Below are positions 38,814-48,904 of a DNA stretch of 62,142 bases, piece after piece. Position numbers and translations under genes: made by a program. The stretch's first letter is position 1. Each line of letters begins with the position of its first letter. Below the pieces are notes generated by a model. It did not search any database, was not told the origin of the DNA, and was given only the letters and a program-made list of their open reading frames with translations. Source of the stretch: an uncultured Clostridia bacterium (GTDB taxonomy: Bacteria; Bacillota; Clostridia; Oscillospirales; Ruminococcaceae); the NCBI GenBank assembly GCA_937907305.1, contig CALERQ010000194.1, forward strand, positions 1 through 62,142. The letters run 5' to 3'.

Positions 38814-39932
38814 ATGCTGCAATTTGAAGAACTGCGCCTGAAGCTCCAGGGTATGGAGCCGGAGCTTCGGGAATTAAAACAATCCCTCAATATTGATAAG
38901 CTGGGTATCGAGATCGCTGAGCTGGAGCGCAAGGCCGCGGAGCCCAGCTTCTGGGATGACATGGAAAACAGCCAGAAGGTGCTTCAGCGCACCTCCCAGC
39001 TCAAAGCCAGCGTGGAGACTTACAATAAGCTGCAATCGCTGTACGAGGATACCCTCACCCTTATCGAGCTGGCGGAGGAAGCCGGCGATGAAAGCGTGTA
39101 CGAGGAAGCCGCCGCTGATACCGAGCAGCTGCAAAGCCGCATGGCGGAGGTCCGCCTTACCACCCTGCTTACCGGTGAATACGATAGCAAGAATGCTATC
39201 CTCACCTTCCATGCGGGCGCGGGCGGCACCGAGGCCCAGGACTGGGCCCAGATGCTGTACCGCATGTATACCCGCTGGGCGGAGCGCCACGGCTACTCTT
39301 ATAAAATTCTGGACTACCTGGATGGCGATGAAGCGGGCATCAAGAGCGCTTCCATCCTCATCGAGGGTCTGAACGCCTACGGCTTCCTCAAATCGGAAAA
39401 CGGCGTGCACCGCCTGGTGCGTGTTTCCCCCTTTGATGCCAGCGGCCGCCGTCAGACCTCCTTCGCCTCGCTGGAGGTCATGCCGGAGATCGACAAGGAT
39501 GTGAACATCGAGATCCGTGAAGAGGATATCCAGATGGATGTGTACCGGGCCAGCGGCGCCGGCGGCCAGAAGGTAAATAAGACCTCCAGCGCCGTGCGTT
39601 TGACCCACCTGCCCACCGGCATCGTGGTGGCCTGCCAGGTGGAGCGCAGCCAGCACCAGAACCGCGAAGTCGCCATGAATATGCTGCGCAGCAAGCTGGT
39701 GGAAATTAAGGAGCGCGAGCACCTGGATAAGATCGAGGACATCAAGGGCGTGCAGAAGGAGATCGCCTGGGGCAGCCAGATCCGCTCCTATGTGTTCATG
39801 CCCTACACCATGGTCAAGGACCACCGCACCAACTACGAAACCGGCAATATCACCGCCGTTATGGATGGCGACCTCGATGGCTTCATCAATGAGTACCTGA
39901 AGAAAAAGAGCCAGGGCACCCTGGAAAAATAA
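38814..39932 (+). CDS. prfB: Peptide chain release factor 2 (single continuous ORF)
   Basis: SPF anticodon motif, GGQ, WGSQIRSY; no CTTTGAC site. Confidence 0.96.
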   Translation: MLQFEELRLKLQGMEPELRELKQSLNIDKLGIEIAELERKAAEPSFWDDMENSQKVLQRTSQLKASVETYNKLQSLYEDTLTLIELAEEAGDESVYEEAAADTEQLQSRMAEVRLTTLLTGEYDSKNAILTFHAGAGGTEAQDWAQMLYRMYTRWAERHGYSYKILDYLDGDEAGIKSASILIEGLNAYGFLKSENGVHRLVRVSPFDASGRRQTSFASLEVMPEIDKDVNIEIREEDIQMDVYRASGAGGQKVNKTSSAVRLTHLPTGIVVACQVERSQHQNREVAMNMLRSKLVEIKEREHLDKIEDIKGVQKEIAWGSQIRSYVFMPYTMVKDHRTNYETGNITAVMDGDLDGFINEYLKKKSQGTLEK

Positions 39933-39984
39933 TTCCCACCGATGCCATATCGGTGGAAAGCATATTAAGGGAGGGCAAAGACCA

Positions 39985-41070
39985 ATGAAGAAATGCGCCA
40001 AAGTTTTTTCCGTTATCCTTGCTGTTATGATGCTGGCATCCCTTGCCGCCTGCGGCGCCGAAAAGGTGAAGATCACCCCCACTGCCGCCCGGTCTATCGA
40101 GACCGAGGTGTACGAAACAGCGGATTTCAGCATCACTATCCCCAAGGGCTGGGTGGTCACCGCCGGCGGCGAGAATATCTACCACAGCATCCGTGTTTAC
40201 GATCCGGAAGAACCCATGAATCAGATGTTCAGCCTGCTGAAAGCCGATGTGCTGCTGCACAGCCAGGAGGGCAAAAAGGCGTGGCAGTATATGGCCGGCA
40301 TCGGCAGCCCCGGCGCTTCGCTTTTTGCGCAGGCCGCTGTGCTGGGAACTCCCTCCACCGAGGGCTTTTATCAGATCTTCCCCGATTATACCGCCTTTGT
40401 GATGCAGGTGGAGCCCAGCTATGCGGGCTACACTTTCCCCACCTTCAATGACTTTACCGTGACCGAGCAGTTCCCCTTTACCAGCGGCCTTTCGGCCTAT
40501 GCCCTGGGGGAGGAGCTGCTGCGGGGCACCTTTACCGATGGTGAAAAATCCGGCGAGGGCCTCTTTGCGGCCACCGTGGTGGATTTTGGCAGCTTTGCCA
40601 TCTCCGATGGCACCATGGATGGCTACCTGCTGCGGCAGGTGGATGGCGGCTACTACATGGCCTATAATATCATGGCCGTCACAGCGGTAAAGGATACCTT
40701 CATCGAGTGGGAGAGTATCCTTACCGAATGCATGAAAACGCTGCAATATTCCGAGAGCTTTGTCAGCGCCGCCAACCAGGCCAGCGATGAGCAGGTCGCC
40801 CTCTCCCAGCAGATCAGCCAGAGCTTTAATGATACCATGGATGGCATGATGTCCTCCTGGGAAAGCCGCAATAAGAGCCAGGATATCCTCAGCCAGAAGC
40901 AGAGTGACGCCACCCTGGGCTACGAGCGGTTCTACGATACCGAGACCGGCGAGATCTACCGCGCCACCAATGGCTTTGGCGATAGCTACGATGGCAAGCG
41001 CTATCAGCCCGTCACCGATGACAACATGTATACCGAAGCCATCAGCGGCTACATCGAACGCCTCGATTGA
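39985..41070 (+). CDS. Hypothetical lipoprotein
   Basis: LAAC lipobox, host-like codons. Confidence 0.8.
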   Translation: MKKCAKVFSVILAVMMLASLAACGAEKVKITPTAARSIETEVYETADFSITIPKGWVVTAGGENIYHSIRVYDPEEPMNQMFSLLKADVLLHSQEGKKAWQYMAGIGSPGASLFAQAAVLGTPSTEGFYQIFPDYTAFVMQVEPSYAGYTFPTFNDFTVTEQFPFTSGLSAYALGEELLRGTFTDGEKSGEGLFAATVVDFGSFAISDGTMDGYLLRQVDGGYYMAYNIMAVTAVKDTFIEWESILTECMKTLQYSESFVSAANQASDEQVALSQQISQSFNDTMDGMMSSWESRNKSQDILSQKQSDATLGYERFYDTETGEIYRATNGFGDSYDGKRYQPVTDDNMYTEAISGYIERLD

Positions 41071-41195
41071 CCCACATAAAACCAACCCCGACCGGTGAGT
41101 TTACTCACAGGCCGGGGCATTTTTATGGGGTAATTGGCTATCATCAAATCAATATTGTGTATCCCCATAAACTTTAATTCCGTGAAGGCGAGCGT

Positions 41196-41924
41196 TTACC
41201 ACTCCGCTTCCCCCAGCAGCCGCGCTGTCACCTCGCTGGCGATGAGCAGCCCGGCGCTGCTGGGCACCCACGGGCTACTGCCGGGGGTATCCTTGGGGCG
41301 GGGCTGCCCCGGAGCGGGGGCGGCCGTGCGGTTTTTGGGCGTTTTGGGCGGCTCGGTGGAATACACCACCCGCAGGTGCTCGATACCGCGGGCCCGCAGC
41401 TCCCGGCGCATCACCCGGGCCAGCGGGCAGGTGGTGGTCTTGCTGATATCACACACCGTCAGCAGGTCGGGGCGCAGCTTATTGCCGGTGCCCATGCTGC
41501 TGATGATCGGCACCCCCAGCGCCTTGGCCGTCTGGATGAGGTGCAGCTTGGCAGTGACGGTATCAATGGCGTCCACAATGCAGTCAAATCCGGAAAGATC
41601 AATTTGGTCCGCGGTTTCCGGCATATAAAAGAGGGGGTATTCCGTTACTTCAATATCGGGGTTGATATCCCGCAGCCGGGCGGCCATTACACTGGCCTTC
41701 GGCTGCCCTATGGTGGAATGCAGCGCTACCAGCTGGCGGTTCAGGTTGCTTTCGCTCACGGTATCGTGGTCGATGAGGGCCAGCTGCCCCACACCGGCCC
41801 GGCCCAGGGCCTCGCAGCACCAGCTGCCCACGCCCCCCAGGCCAAAGATAGCCACCTTCTTGCGGGAAAGTGATTCAATGGCTTCCTCGCCCAGCAGCAG
41901 GGCTGTCCGTTCAAATTGGCTCAT
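41196..41924 (-). CDS. tcdA: ThiF-family tRNA threonylcarbamoyladenosine dehydratase
   Basis: GLGGVGS, SNLNRQ, DAID, SSMG.GNK, CPLARVMR. Confidence 0.88.
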   Translation of the reverse strand: MSQFERTALLLGEEAIESLSRKKVAIFGLGGVGSWCCEALGRAGVGQLALIDHDTVSESNLNRQLVALHSTIGQPKASVMAARLRDINPDIEVTEYPLFYMPETADQIDLSGFDCIVDAIDTVTAKLHLIQTAKALGVPIISSMGTGNKLRPDLLTVCDISKTTTCPLARVMRRELRARGIEHLRVVYSTEPPKTPKNRTAAPAPGQPRPKDTPGSSPWVPSSAGLLIASEVTARLLGEAEW

Positions 41925-42907
41925 GTGTTTCCCTCCCGGCGGCGGGCCAGCTTCTGCTGGCGGATATCCCGCCCGACAAATCCCAGCATGGTATAGCTGC
42001 CGATCAGCCGGGAAAGGATGCGTTCATTGTAGGTTTTGCTCAGGGCGGGCAGGTCCAGGTTGGTGCTGATGATGGTGGCCCGTCCCTCGGTCATCCGGTC
42101 ATTGATGACCTGGTACAGCACCGATTGGCTGTACGCCGTGGCAAATTCCGCCCCCAGGTCGTCCAAAATCAGCAGGTCGCAGGAGAGGATCTCCCGCATG
42201 GCGGTCAGGTCATCCGCCCCGGCATCCCGGTTAAAGCGCACCCGCTCAAACCGGTCAATAAGCGCCTGCGCGGGGTAATAGCGGACCTCATATCCCTTGG
42301 CGGCCGCCTCCATGGCAATGCAGGCGGAAAGATAGGTTTTGCCCAGTCCGGTGCGGCCCATAAACAGCAGGTTCCCGCTGTTCCGGTTAAAATCAGCGGC
42401 ATAGCGGCGGCACCGGTTCAGGATATTTCTCATGGTCTCCCGCGGGGAGCGTCCGCCGGCTTCCGCCGTGTCGCCGTAGTAGCTCAGGTCAAAGCCCTCA
42501 AAGCCCTCGCAGCCCGCCAGCACCCCGGCCGGCAAGGCGGCCATGGCTTCCTTTTGCAGCAGTTGGGTCAGGCAGCGGCAGCGCCGGCCCTCCGTGTAGC
42601 CGGTATCCCGGCACAGGGGGCAGCTGTACTGCGGCCGCAGCATCTCTTCTTCTATACCGGCTGCCGCCAGGATATGCAGCTTATCCCGCTGCACCTGCTC
42701 CAGCCCCTTTTGGTATGCCTCTATCGACTCGCCGTTTATTACCGCGGTGGTCATCTGGCGGCACAGCGCGGCGGCTTTGCCATCGTATTCCCGCAGCTGC
42801 GGCAGGCTCCGGTAAAGCTCCTCCCGCCGCAGGGCGGCATCTTTTTCGGCCTGGCTGCGGCGCCGGGCCAGCAGCTCCATCGCGTTGCGATAAGCGGTAT
42901 TTTCCAT
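41921..42907 (-). CDS. DnaC/DnaI-like helicase loader ATPase
   Basis: CPLCRDTG..RCRC zinc motif, GRTGLGKT, LILDDLG, ISTNL, RILSRL. Confidence 0.88.
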   Translation of the reverse strand: MENTAYRNAMELLARRRSQAEKDAALRREELYRSLPQLREYDGKAAALCRQMTTAVINGESIEAYQKGLEQVQRDKLHILAAAGIEEEMLRPQYSCPLCRDTGYTEGRRCRCLTQLLQKEAMAALPAGVLAGCEGFEGFDLSYYGDTAEAGGRSPRETMRNILNRCRRYAADFNRNSGNLLFMGRTGLGKTYLSACIAMEAAAKGYEVRYYPAQALIDRFERVRFNRDAGADDLTAMREILSCDLLILDDLGAEFATAYSQSVLYQVINDRMTEGRATIISTNLDLPALSKTYNERILSRLIGSYTMLGFVGRDIRQQKLARRREGNT

Positions 42908-42921
42908 TTTGATCGTTTCTC

Positions 42922-43899
42922 CTACTCGTCAGCGTTCTGCTCCATAATGCGCATGGCCTCCCCGATATCGAAGGAATATTCCCCCGCGGCGGCCCGTTGG
43001 GCGGCAGTGCGCTCGGCCTCGGCGGCCTCCACCGTGGTAATGCCCTTGGCGGCCCAGGCGGCCAAAATTTTATCAATATAGGCGAAGGATACCTTGCCGG
43101 TGGCCTCCACCGCGCGGTCATAGGCCAGCTTCATCAGCGCCTCGGGGGTCATGTATTCCCCAAACCAGCGGTTCACACAGGCCTTTTCCCGGGCGGTCAG
43201 CGCCCGCTCCGGCAGCCCGAACAACCGCCGGATGCGGCCCTCATCGTCCTCCTGCCTGGTCAGCCGTTGGATATGGCTCTCCGCCTTTTCGTAGGTATCT
43301 ATGCCATTCTCCAGCCAGCCCGCCACCATCTTTTCCAGATAGCTCAGCTTCTTTTTGCCCTTTTCCCGGCAGTAGGCGGCCGCCACCAGCAGGTATTCGG
43401 GGCTCAGCTCCAGCGAACCGAACAGATACGCCAAAATCTCCCGCTCGCTGGGGGAAAGCACGCTGCCCCGGGCGGTCTCCAGCTCGGCCGCCAGCGCCGC
43501 AAACTGCTGGTCCTCCCGCAGCATGGTGTTGATCTCCCCCGGGGAGAGATGCCCCCGGCTGCGGATGGTGGTGATGCCGTTTTCGGTCGTTTTGATGGGC
43601 TTTTCAGCGCGTTCGGCCTTTTCGGCGGCCTTCGGTGTTTCCTTCACGGGCTGCGGGGCCTGGCTTTCGGTAAACAGCCCCGATTCCTGCCAGTATTGCA
43701 GGCAGTCGGTTACTTCCGCCTCGTCCATCCCCAGCCGTGCCGCAATGCCGGCGGCGTCCACAGGGCTTTGCCCCTGCCGCAGCGCCAGCAGCAGCACCTT
43801 GAGCTGTCCTTCGGTGCAGAATTTCAAATATCGGTCGGCCACCGCGGTGGGGACAGCAAAGATGCTGCCCCATGGGCCAAAGTTGATCTCATAGGACAT
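42922..43899 (-). CDS. DnaD domain replication protein
   Basis: Two DnaD-like repeats (YLEKMV..W...GI; YIDKIL..W...GI); AAGGAGG RBS. Confidence 0.85.
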   Translation of the reverse strand: MSYEINFGPWGSIFAVPTAVADRYLKFCTEGQLKVLLLALRQGQSPVDAAGIAARLGMDEAEVTDCLQYWQESGLFTESQAPQPVKETPKAAEKAERAEKPIKTTENGITTIRSRGHLSPGEINTMLREDQQFAALAAELETARGSVLSPSEREILAYLFGSLELSPEYLLVAAAYCREKGKKKLSYLEKMVAGWLENGIDTYEKAESHIQRLTRQEDDEGRIRRLFGLPERALTAREKACVNRWFGEYMTPEALMKLAYDRAVEATGKVSFAYIDKILAAWAAKGITTVEAAEAERTAAQRAAAGEYSFDIGEAMRIMEQNADE

Positions 43900-43952
43900 G
43901 GTTTGCTGTCCTCCTTTGTGATAGCTTGCACAGGGCGCGGGCCCCTGCCTTA

Positions 43953-44039
43953 CGGGCCGCAGGCCGCCCCGGCTGCGCCGGGGCTGGGGGCCTCTCGGCC
44001 CCCTACGGCCGTCCGCAGGACGGCCGGGCCTGCGGCCCG
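43953..44039. repeat. Four-way-junction/GNA-triloop element 2
   Basis: Outer stem CGGGCCGCAGGCC/GGCCTGCGGCCCG encloses three hairpins (loops TGC, TCTC, GCA). Confidence 0.8.
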
Positions 44040-44220
44040 CACCCCGGTCCCTGCTTTTCCCCGCCCAGCCGCAGCCGCGGCAGCGGGGCAAAATTCCAGC
44101 TTTGATTATACCACAAGAAAATCTTAATGAGAACTAAAAAAATGAAATTCCCGCGAACGGTTGCTTTTGCCGGGCCAAAAAGGTTATAATAAAGGAAATC
44201 CACCGAAAGAAGGCCGTAAA

Positions 44221-44478
44221 ATGCAGTATCATTACGAAACCCGGGGCGTCTGCTCCCGTGCCATCGATATCAATTTGGATGAGGCCACCGGCATCATCCG
44301 CAATGTTCAGTTCACCGGCGGCTGCAACGGCAATACCAAGGGCCTTTCCGCTATGGTCGTGGGCCAGCCGGCCGAAGAGGTCATCCGGCGTTTGAAGGGC
44401 ATCCGCTGCGGCATGCGCCCCACCAGCTGCCCCGATCAGCTGGCGGAAGCCCTGACCGAAGCCCTGGAGCAGATCTGA
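44221..44478 (+). CDS. TSCPD-domain protein (TIGR03905-like)
   Basis: GVCSR.I, F.GGCNGN, GI.CG.R.TSCPDQLA. Confidence 0.9.
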   Translation: MQYHYETRGVCSRAIDINLDEATGIIRNVQFTGGCNGNTKGLSAMVVGQPAEEVIRRLKGIRCGMRPTSCPDQLAEALTEALEQI

Positions 44479-44515
44479 GGCTCCGCCGCCGGATAAAGGA
44501 GAGGGAGGAATCGGC

Positions 44516-45034
44516 TTGACAGAAGAAGTAAAGATCTACCGACAGCATGGAATAAAGGAACCGGCCCTTTCCGAGGGGGAAAAGGCGGCCCGGGAGTACC
44601 GCCGCCAGCAGCAGAACGGCAACCTGGAGCGGGCCCACCGTTTGGGAGAGACCCTCTGCGCCCTCTTTTTGGGGATGCCGGTGGAGGGAGAATACGCCGC
44701 CCAGCAGTGGGTACTGCTCTCCTACCTGGTAGAAAATGAGCTGGAGCAGCAGGTGGAAAATCCCCTGCTGGAGCAGTCGGCGCACAGCCGTTTTGCGGAG
44801 CTGCTGGAACAGCAGGCCCCGGAGCTGGCCCGCACCGTCCATGATGCCAGGGCCTTCACCCTGTATACCCTCAATGAGACCCGCCGCACCCCCCGCAGCG
44901 AGGGCGAGATCTTTGCCAAGCTGTGCGGAAAACCGGAACGGGAGGAGGTCATCGCGCTGGGCGAGCGCCTGGCGGAGGACTTCACCGCCCGCGTCACGGC
45001 AGCGGTGGCGGCCGCGGGCTTTCTTACCGAATAA
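44516..45034 (+). CDS. Hypothetical protein
   Basis: TTG start after GGGAGG, host-like codons. Confidence 0.7.
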   Translation: MTEEVKIYRQHGIKEPALSEGEKAAREYRRQQQNGNLERAHRLGETLCALFLGMPVEGEYAAQQWVLLSYLVENELEQQVENPLLEQSAHSRFAELLEQQAPELARTVHDARAFTLYTLNETRRTPRSEGEIFAKLCGKPEREEVIALGERLAEDFTARVTAAVAAAGFLTE

Positions 45035-45056
45035 CCGCAGGAAAAGGAACGAAACC

Positions 45057-45650
45057 ATGGAACAGAATCTGTTTACCGAAGGGGTGCGTCCCGGCAGCGT
45101 CACCACCCCGGAGGAAGTCCATATGCTCATCTGCTACATCTTCCGGGAAGCCGGGCAGCCGGTCACGCTGGACCAGGCCAATGAGGTGCTGCAGCGCCAG
45201 TCATTGGTCAATTACTTCGAGTTTGCCGAAGCCGCCGAGCGGCTCATCCGCATGGGGCACCTGTGTCCCGCCGAAAACGGCCGCTACACCCTCTCCCCGG
45301 AGGGGGAGAAATTAGCGGATACCTTCCGGCAGAAGCTGCCCGCCGCCGTGCGGGAGCGCGCCCAAAGGGCCCTGGATGATGTGCTGACCCTGCTGCGCCG
45401 TCAGCAGGAAAATAAAGTCCGGGTGAAAAAGGTGGGGGATGGCTACGAGATCACCCTCACCATCACCGATATCGGCAGCGACCTGATGAGCCTGACCCTC
45501 TTCCTCCCCACCGAAAAGGAGTGTGAGCAGGTCCGCCGCCGCTTTCTCAATGATCCGGCGCTGCTGTATAAGGGCACCATGGCGCTGCTTACCGGGGATA
45601 TGGAAACCTTCGGGGACCTGACCCCCAGCGGCCGGGATCTTTTCATCTAA
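45057..45650 (+). CDS. DUF4364-like winged-helix protein
   Basis: LICYI, VNYFE, Y.LS.EG, F..DP..LY pattern. Confidence 0.75.
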   Translation: MEQNLFTEGVRPGSVTTPEEVHMLICYIFREAGQPVTLDQANEVLQRQSLVNYFEFAEAAERLIRMGHLCPAENGRYTLSPEGEKLADTFRQKLPAAVRERAQRALDDVLTLLRRQQENKVRVKKVGDGYEITLTITDIGSDLMSLTLFLPTEKECEQVRRRFLNDPALLYKGTMALLTGDMETFGDLTPSGRDLFI

Positions 45651-45672
45651 GCCAAGCCAAAGGAGAAAACAT

Positions 45673-46053
45673 ATGGCTGCCAAGTATATTTTAATGGGAT
45701 TTTGCACCCTGTATGCCCTGGCCAGGGGCATTGGCACGGTGCTGTACTATCTGGCCGGCGCCGGTCAGCTGCAAATAGCCGTTCTCATCATCGCCTTTAC
45801 CGTCAGCATGATCGGGCTGGTGGCAGGCATCCTGTGGATCGCGCAGCGGCAGGTAAAGGGGATCACCGTGCGGCTGCTGCTGCTTTTATACAGCGGGGCA
45901 GCCATCGCCAATATTCTCATCACACGGGGCAACCCGGTGCCGCAGGGCATTGGCCCCTGGGAGCTTCTCATCACCGGTACGGTATTTGAGTGCCTGCTGT
46001 TTTTGGCTTCGCTGCTCATCCCCCTGCCGGACCACCCCCACGCGGGAAAATAA
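45673..46053 (+). CDS. Small membrane protein (4 TM), hypothetical
   Basis: AAGGAG RBS, hydrophobic 126 aa. Confidence 0.7.
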   Translation: MAAKYILMGFCTLYALARGIGTVLYYLAGAGQLQIAVLIIAFTVSMIGLVAGILWIAQRQVKGITVRLLLLLYSGAAIANILITRGNPVPQGIGPWELLITGTVFECLLFLASLLIPLPDHPHAGK

Positions 46054-46111
46054 TTTTTTTCGCAAAAGGGATTGCCTTATCCACCATCTTGGTGTATAAT
46101 ATACAGGCATC

Positions 46112-46188
46112 GGAGGCGTAGCTCAGCTGGTCAGAGCGCCTGCTTCACACGCAGGAGGTCCACGGTTCGAGCCCGTGCGTCTCCACCA
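46112..46188 (+). tRNA. tRNA-Val(CAC)
   Basis: GGAGGCG/CGTCTCC acceptor, anticodon loop TT-CAC-AC, GGTTCGAGCCC, CCA; promoter TTGCCT-17-TATAAT 46072-46100; terminator 46190-46225. Confidence 0.96.
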
Positions 46189-46742
46189 CAAAGAAAAGTC
46201 GCAGAGATGCGGCTTTTTTCTTTTTGGGTGGGAATACACAGGTGCCAGTTAAACGCCGATTAGGTTAAAGTATTCAATTTTCAAGGTGCTGGTGGGAGGC
46301 AGGTTCCCGCTGGGGCAGACCCCCAAATTGCCCGATGAGGTCTGCTGAAAAGTTTTAGTTTTAGACCGGCGCCCCTGTTTAACCGGTGGGGCCGAAAGGC
46401 TCTCGATTTATTGTTCGGGGAGAGTGGCCGACAGGAAAGGATTTTTTGCCGGTGAGAAAAAGTCCTTTCACTAATACGGCAAAAACGAACCTTTTTTGCA
46501 TGTGAAAGGTTAATAATTCACTTTTATTTACGGAAGATTTACAACATATGAAAATGTTGGGCGAAGATCGCATAAATAGTGGATTTTACTGGGGAAGTAC
46601 AACTGGGATTTATTATGTGATTTTTAAGGGGCGAGGGGGTCGCGGTGGTTGGGGTGCGGGTCGCCGATTGGCCGAGGAGCGTGGCGCAGGAAGTCATGCT
46701 GCCGAGACTGAAGTTTGAACAAGCAGCTATTTGCCCAGACGG

Positions 46743-47030
46743 CCCCTCCCCCGCAGCGTGGGAGGGGGACGGGGTGGGGGCAGATGCGCCTGCGGCTACC
46801 TTTGGAGCGTATCTGTGCGCAGTACGGATTTGGATTTTTCGACTGAGAAAAATCCAAATTCGTATCCAGCACTGCAAGCGACAGAAAGGGGTTTGTCAAG
46901 GGGGAATCTGTCCCCCTTGACCCGCTTTTGCCTCCTTTTGGCGGTGCAAAAGGAGGCCCCCGCCGGGCAGGCGTACAGTTTATGCCTTTGTAAAAGGCTC
47001 CGCGACGCCGACAGGCGAGATAAAATGAGA
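46743..47030. repeat. Modular palindromic element, copy 4
   Basis: GAGCGTATCTG..GTACGGAT..CGTATCCAGC, TTTTGCCTCCTTTT..AAAAGGAGGCCCCCGCCGGGCAGGCGTAC, AAAAGGCTCCGCGACGCCGACAGGCGA. Confidence 0.85.
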
Positions 47031-47117
47031 AACATCCCGGCTAAAGGCGGAGCCTTTATTTTTTGCTTTGCAATGTGGTATAATCCCATTGTGACTAACC
47101 CACAGGAGGAACAGTTG

Positions 47118-47969
47118 ATGCGGCAGTACAATAAAGTCTATCTGGAGATCACCAACCGGTGCAATTTGCGCTGCAGCTTTTGCCCCGGTACCCGGCGGCC
47201 GCCCCGCACCATGTCCCCGGCGGAGTTTCGCCTGCTGGCGGAAAAGCTGCGCCCGGCCACCCGCTACCTCTATCTCCACCTGATGGGCGAGCCGCTGCTG
47301 CATCCCGAGCTGCCGGTGCTTTTGGCCATAGCCGGGGAACTGGATTTTTTGGTGAACATCACCACCAATGGCACCCTGCTGCCCCAGGTGGGAGAAACTC
47401 TGCTGGCGGCTCCTGCCATCCGTAAGGTCAGCATTTCCCTGCACAGCCTGGAGGCCAATGGCAGCCGGGTCTTTTCCGCCTACCTGGAGGGCTGCATTTC
47501 CTTTGCCAAAAGGGCGGCCGCCGCGGGCAAATTGACCGGCCTGCGCCTTTGGAATCTGGATGGTTCCCTTCCCGGGCAGAACGACCTGAATGCCCCCATG
47601 CTGGAGGAGCTGCACCGGGCTTTTCCGGGAGAGTGGCCACCGGTACGGGAGGGACATAAAATAGCAGAGCGAATCTATCTAGAATTTGGCGAGCGCTTTG
47701 AATGGCCGGATCTTTCCGCCGGGGAGCGGGAGGGAGATGCCTTTTGCTATGGGCTGCGGGACCAGTTTGGGGTGCTGTGCGATGGCACCGTGGTGCCCTG
47801 CTGCCTGGACCGCGAGGGCGACCTGGCCCTGGGAAACCTCTTTAGCCAGCCGCTGGAGGAGATCCTTTCCTCACCCCGGGCAAGGGCCATCTATGAGGGC
47901 TTTACCGGCCGCCGCGCCGCCGAGGAACTGTGCCGGAAATGCGGCTATGCCCGCCGCTTTATCCGGTGA
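47118..47969 (+). CDS. Radical SAM protein with SPASM/twitch domain
   Basis: CNLRCSFC, MGEPLLHP, TTNG, DGTVVPCCLD, LCRKC. Confidence 0.9.
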   Translation: MRQYNKVYLEITNRCNLRCSFCPGTRRPPRTMSPAEFRLLAEKLRPATRYLYLHLMGEPLLHPELPVLLAIAGELDFLVNITTNGTLLPQVGETLLAAPAIRKVSISLHSLEANGSRVFSAYLEGCISFAKRAAAAGKLTGLRLWNLDGSLPGQNDLNAPMLEELHRAFPGEWPPVREGHKIAERIYLEFGERFEWPDLSAGEREGDAFCYGLRDQFGVLCDGTVVPCCLDREGDLALGNLFSQPLEEILSSPRARAIYEGFTGRRAAEELCRKCGYARRFIR

Positions 47970-48167
47970 TTTGGGCAATGTGATAAAGAACCTGCCAAGA
48001 TTTCGAAAAATCTTATATATTCGCCGTATTACTTTTATATTCCAAATATGATATACTAATAAGACTATGGCGGGGCCGCTGCCCTGCCGCAATAGGTATA
48101 TCCCCCGGCGGAGCAAAAAAAGCCGGGGCCGACGGAGAAAATGTGAAAACAAGGAGGTGTTGGTTCA

Positions 48168-48857
48168 ATGGGTAATCTATCAGAATTCCTGATGGAGGAG
48201 CTGAATGTGGCGACTGCCTTTACCATCCCGATATTCGGCGGGATAGAAGTGGCGGAATCCACCGTGATCTCCTGGGTCATCATGGCCATTATCGTGTTCC
48301 TTACCCTGGTACTGACCAGAAACATGAGGGTGGAAAAGCCCGGCAAGCTGCAGGTAGGTGTGGAATACGCCGTCACGGCCCTGCAAAATCTCGTCCGTGG
48401 GATCATCGGTCACGAGGGAGAGCGCTATGTCCCTTATTTGTCAACCTTGCTGGTCTTTTTGGGTATTTCCAATATCTTTGCCATCTTTGGCATGAAGCCC
48501 CCCACCAAGGACCTGAATGTAACCGCCGCGCTGGCGCTGATGTCCATTATTCTGGTGCAGGTGGCGTCCATCCGGCAGAACAAGGTGGGCGGCTGGCTGA
48601 AGGGCTTTACCAAGCCCTCCAAGGTCATTACCCCGCTGAATGTGATGGAGCTGGTTATCCGGCCACTTTCGCTGTGTATGCGTCTTTTCGGTAATGTCAT
48701 GGGCGCCTTTGTAGTGATGAAGCTGCTGGAGCACCTGGTGCCGGTCATCCTGCCCGCGGTGTTCAGCCTGTATTTCGATTTCTTTGACGGCCTGCTGCAG
48801 GCCTATGTATTCGTGTTCCTCACCGGGCTGTATATCAAGGAAGCCGTAGAGGAATGA
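48168..48857 (+). CDS. atpB: F0 subunit a
   Basis: RPLSLCMRLFGN, LQAYVF. Confidence 0.95.
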   Translation: MGNLSEFLMEELNVATAFTIPIFGGIEVAESTVISWVIMAIIVFLTLVLTRNMRVEKPGKLQVGVEYAVTALQNLVRGIIGHEGERYVPYLSTLLVFLGISNIFAIFGMKPPTKDLNVTAALALMSIILVQVASIRQNKVGGWLKGFTKPSKVITPLNVMELVIRPLSLCMRLFGNVMGAFVVMKLLEHLVPVILPAVFSLYFDFFDGLLQAYVFVFLTGLYIKEAVEE

Positions 48858-48904
48858 CCCAAGGAAAAATATTAAATTACATGTGATTTGAAGGAGAAAA
48901 AACT

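Noticed and set aside
46548..46718. 56-aa ORF as RiPP precursor for the radical SAM gene
   Set aside because: Weak RBS, separated from the gene by a repeat element, and the radical SAM gene has its own -10 box.
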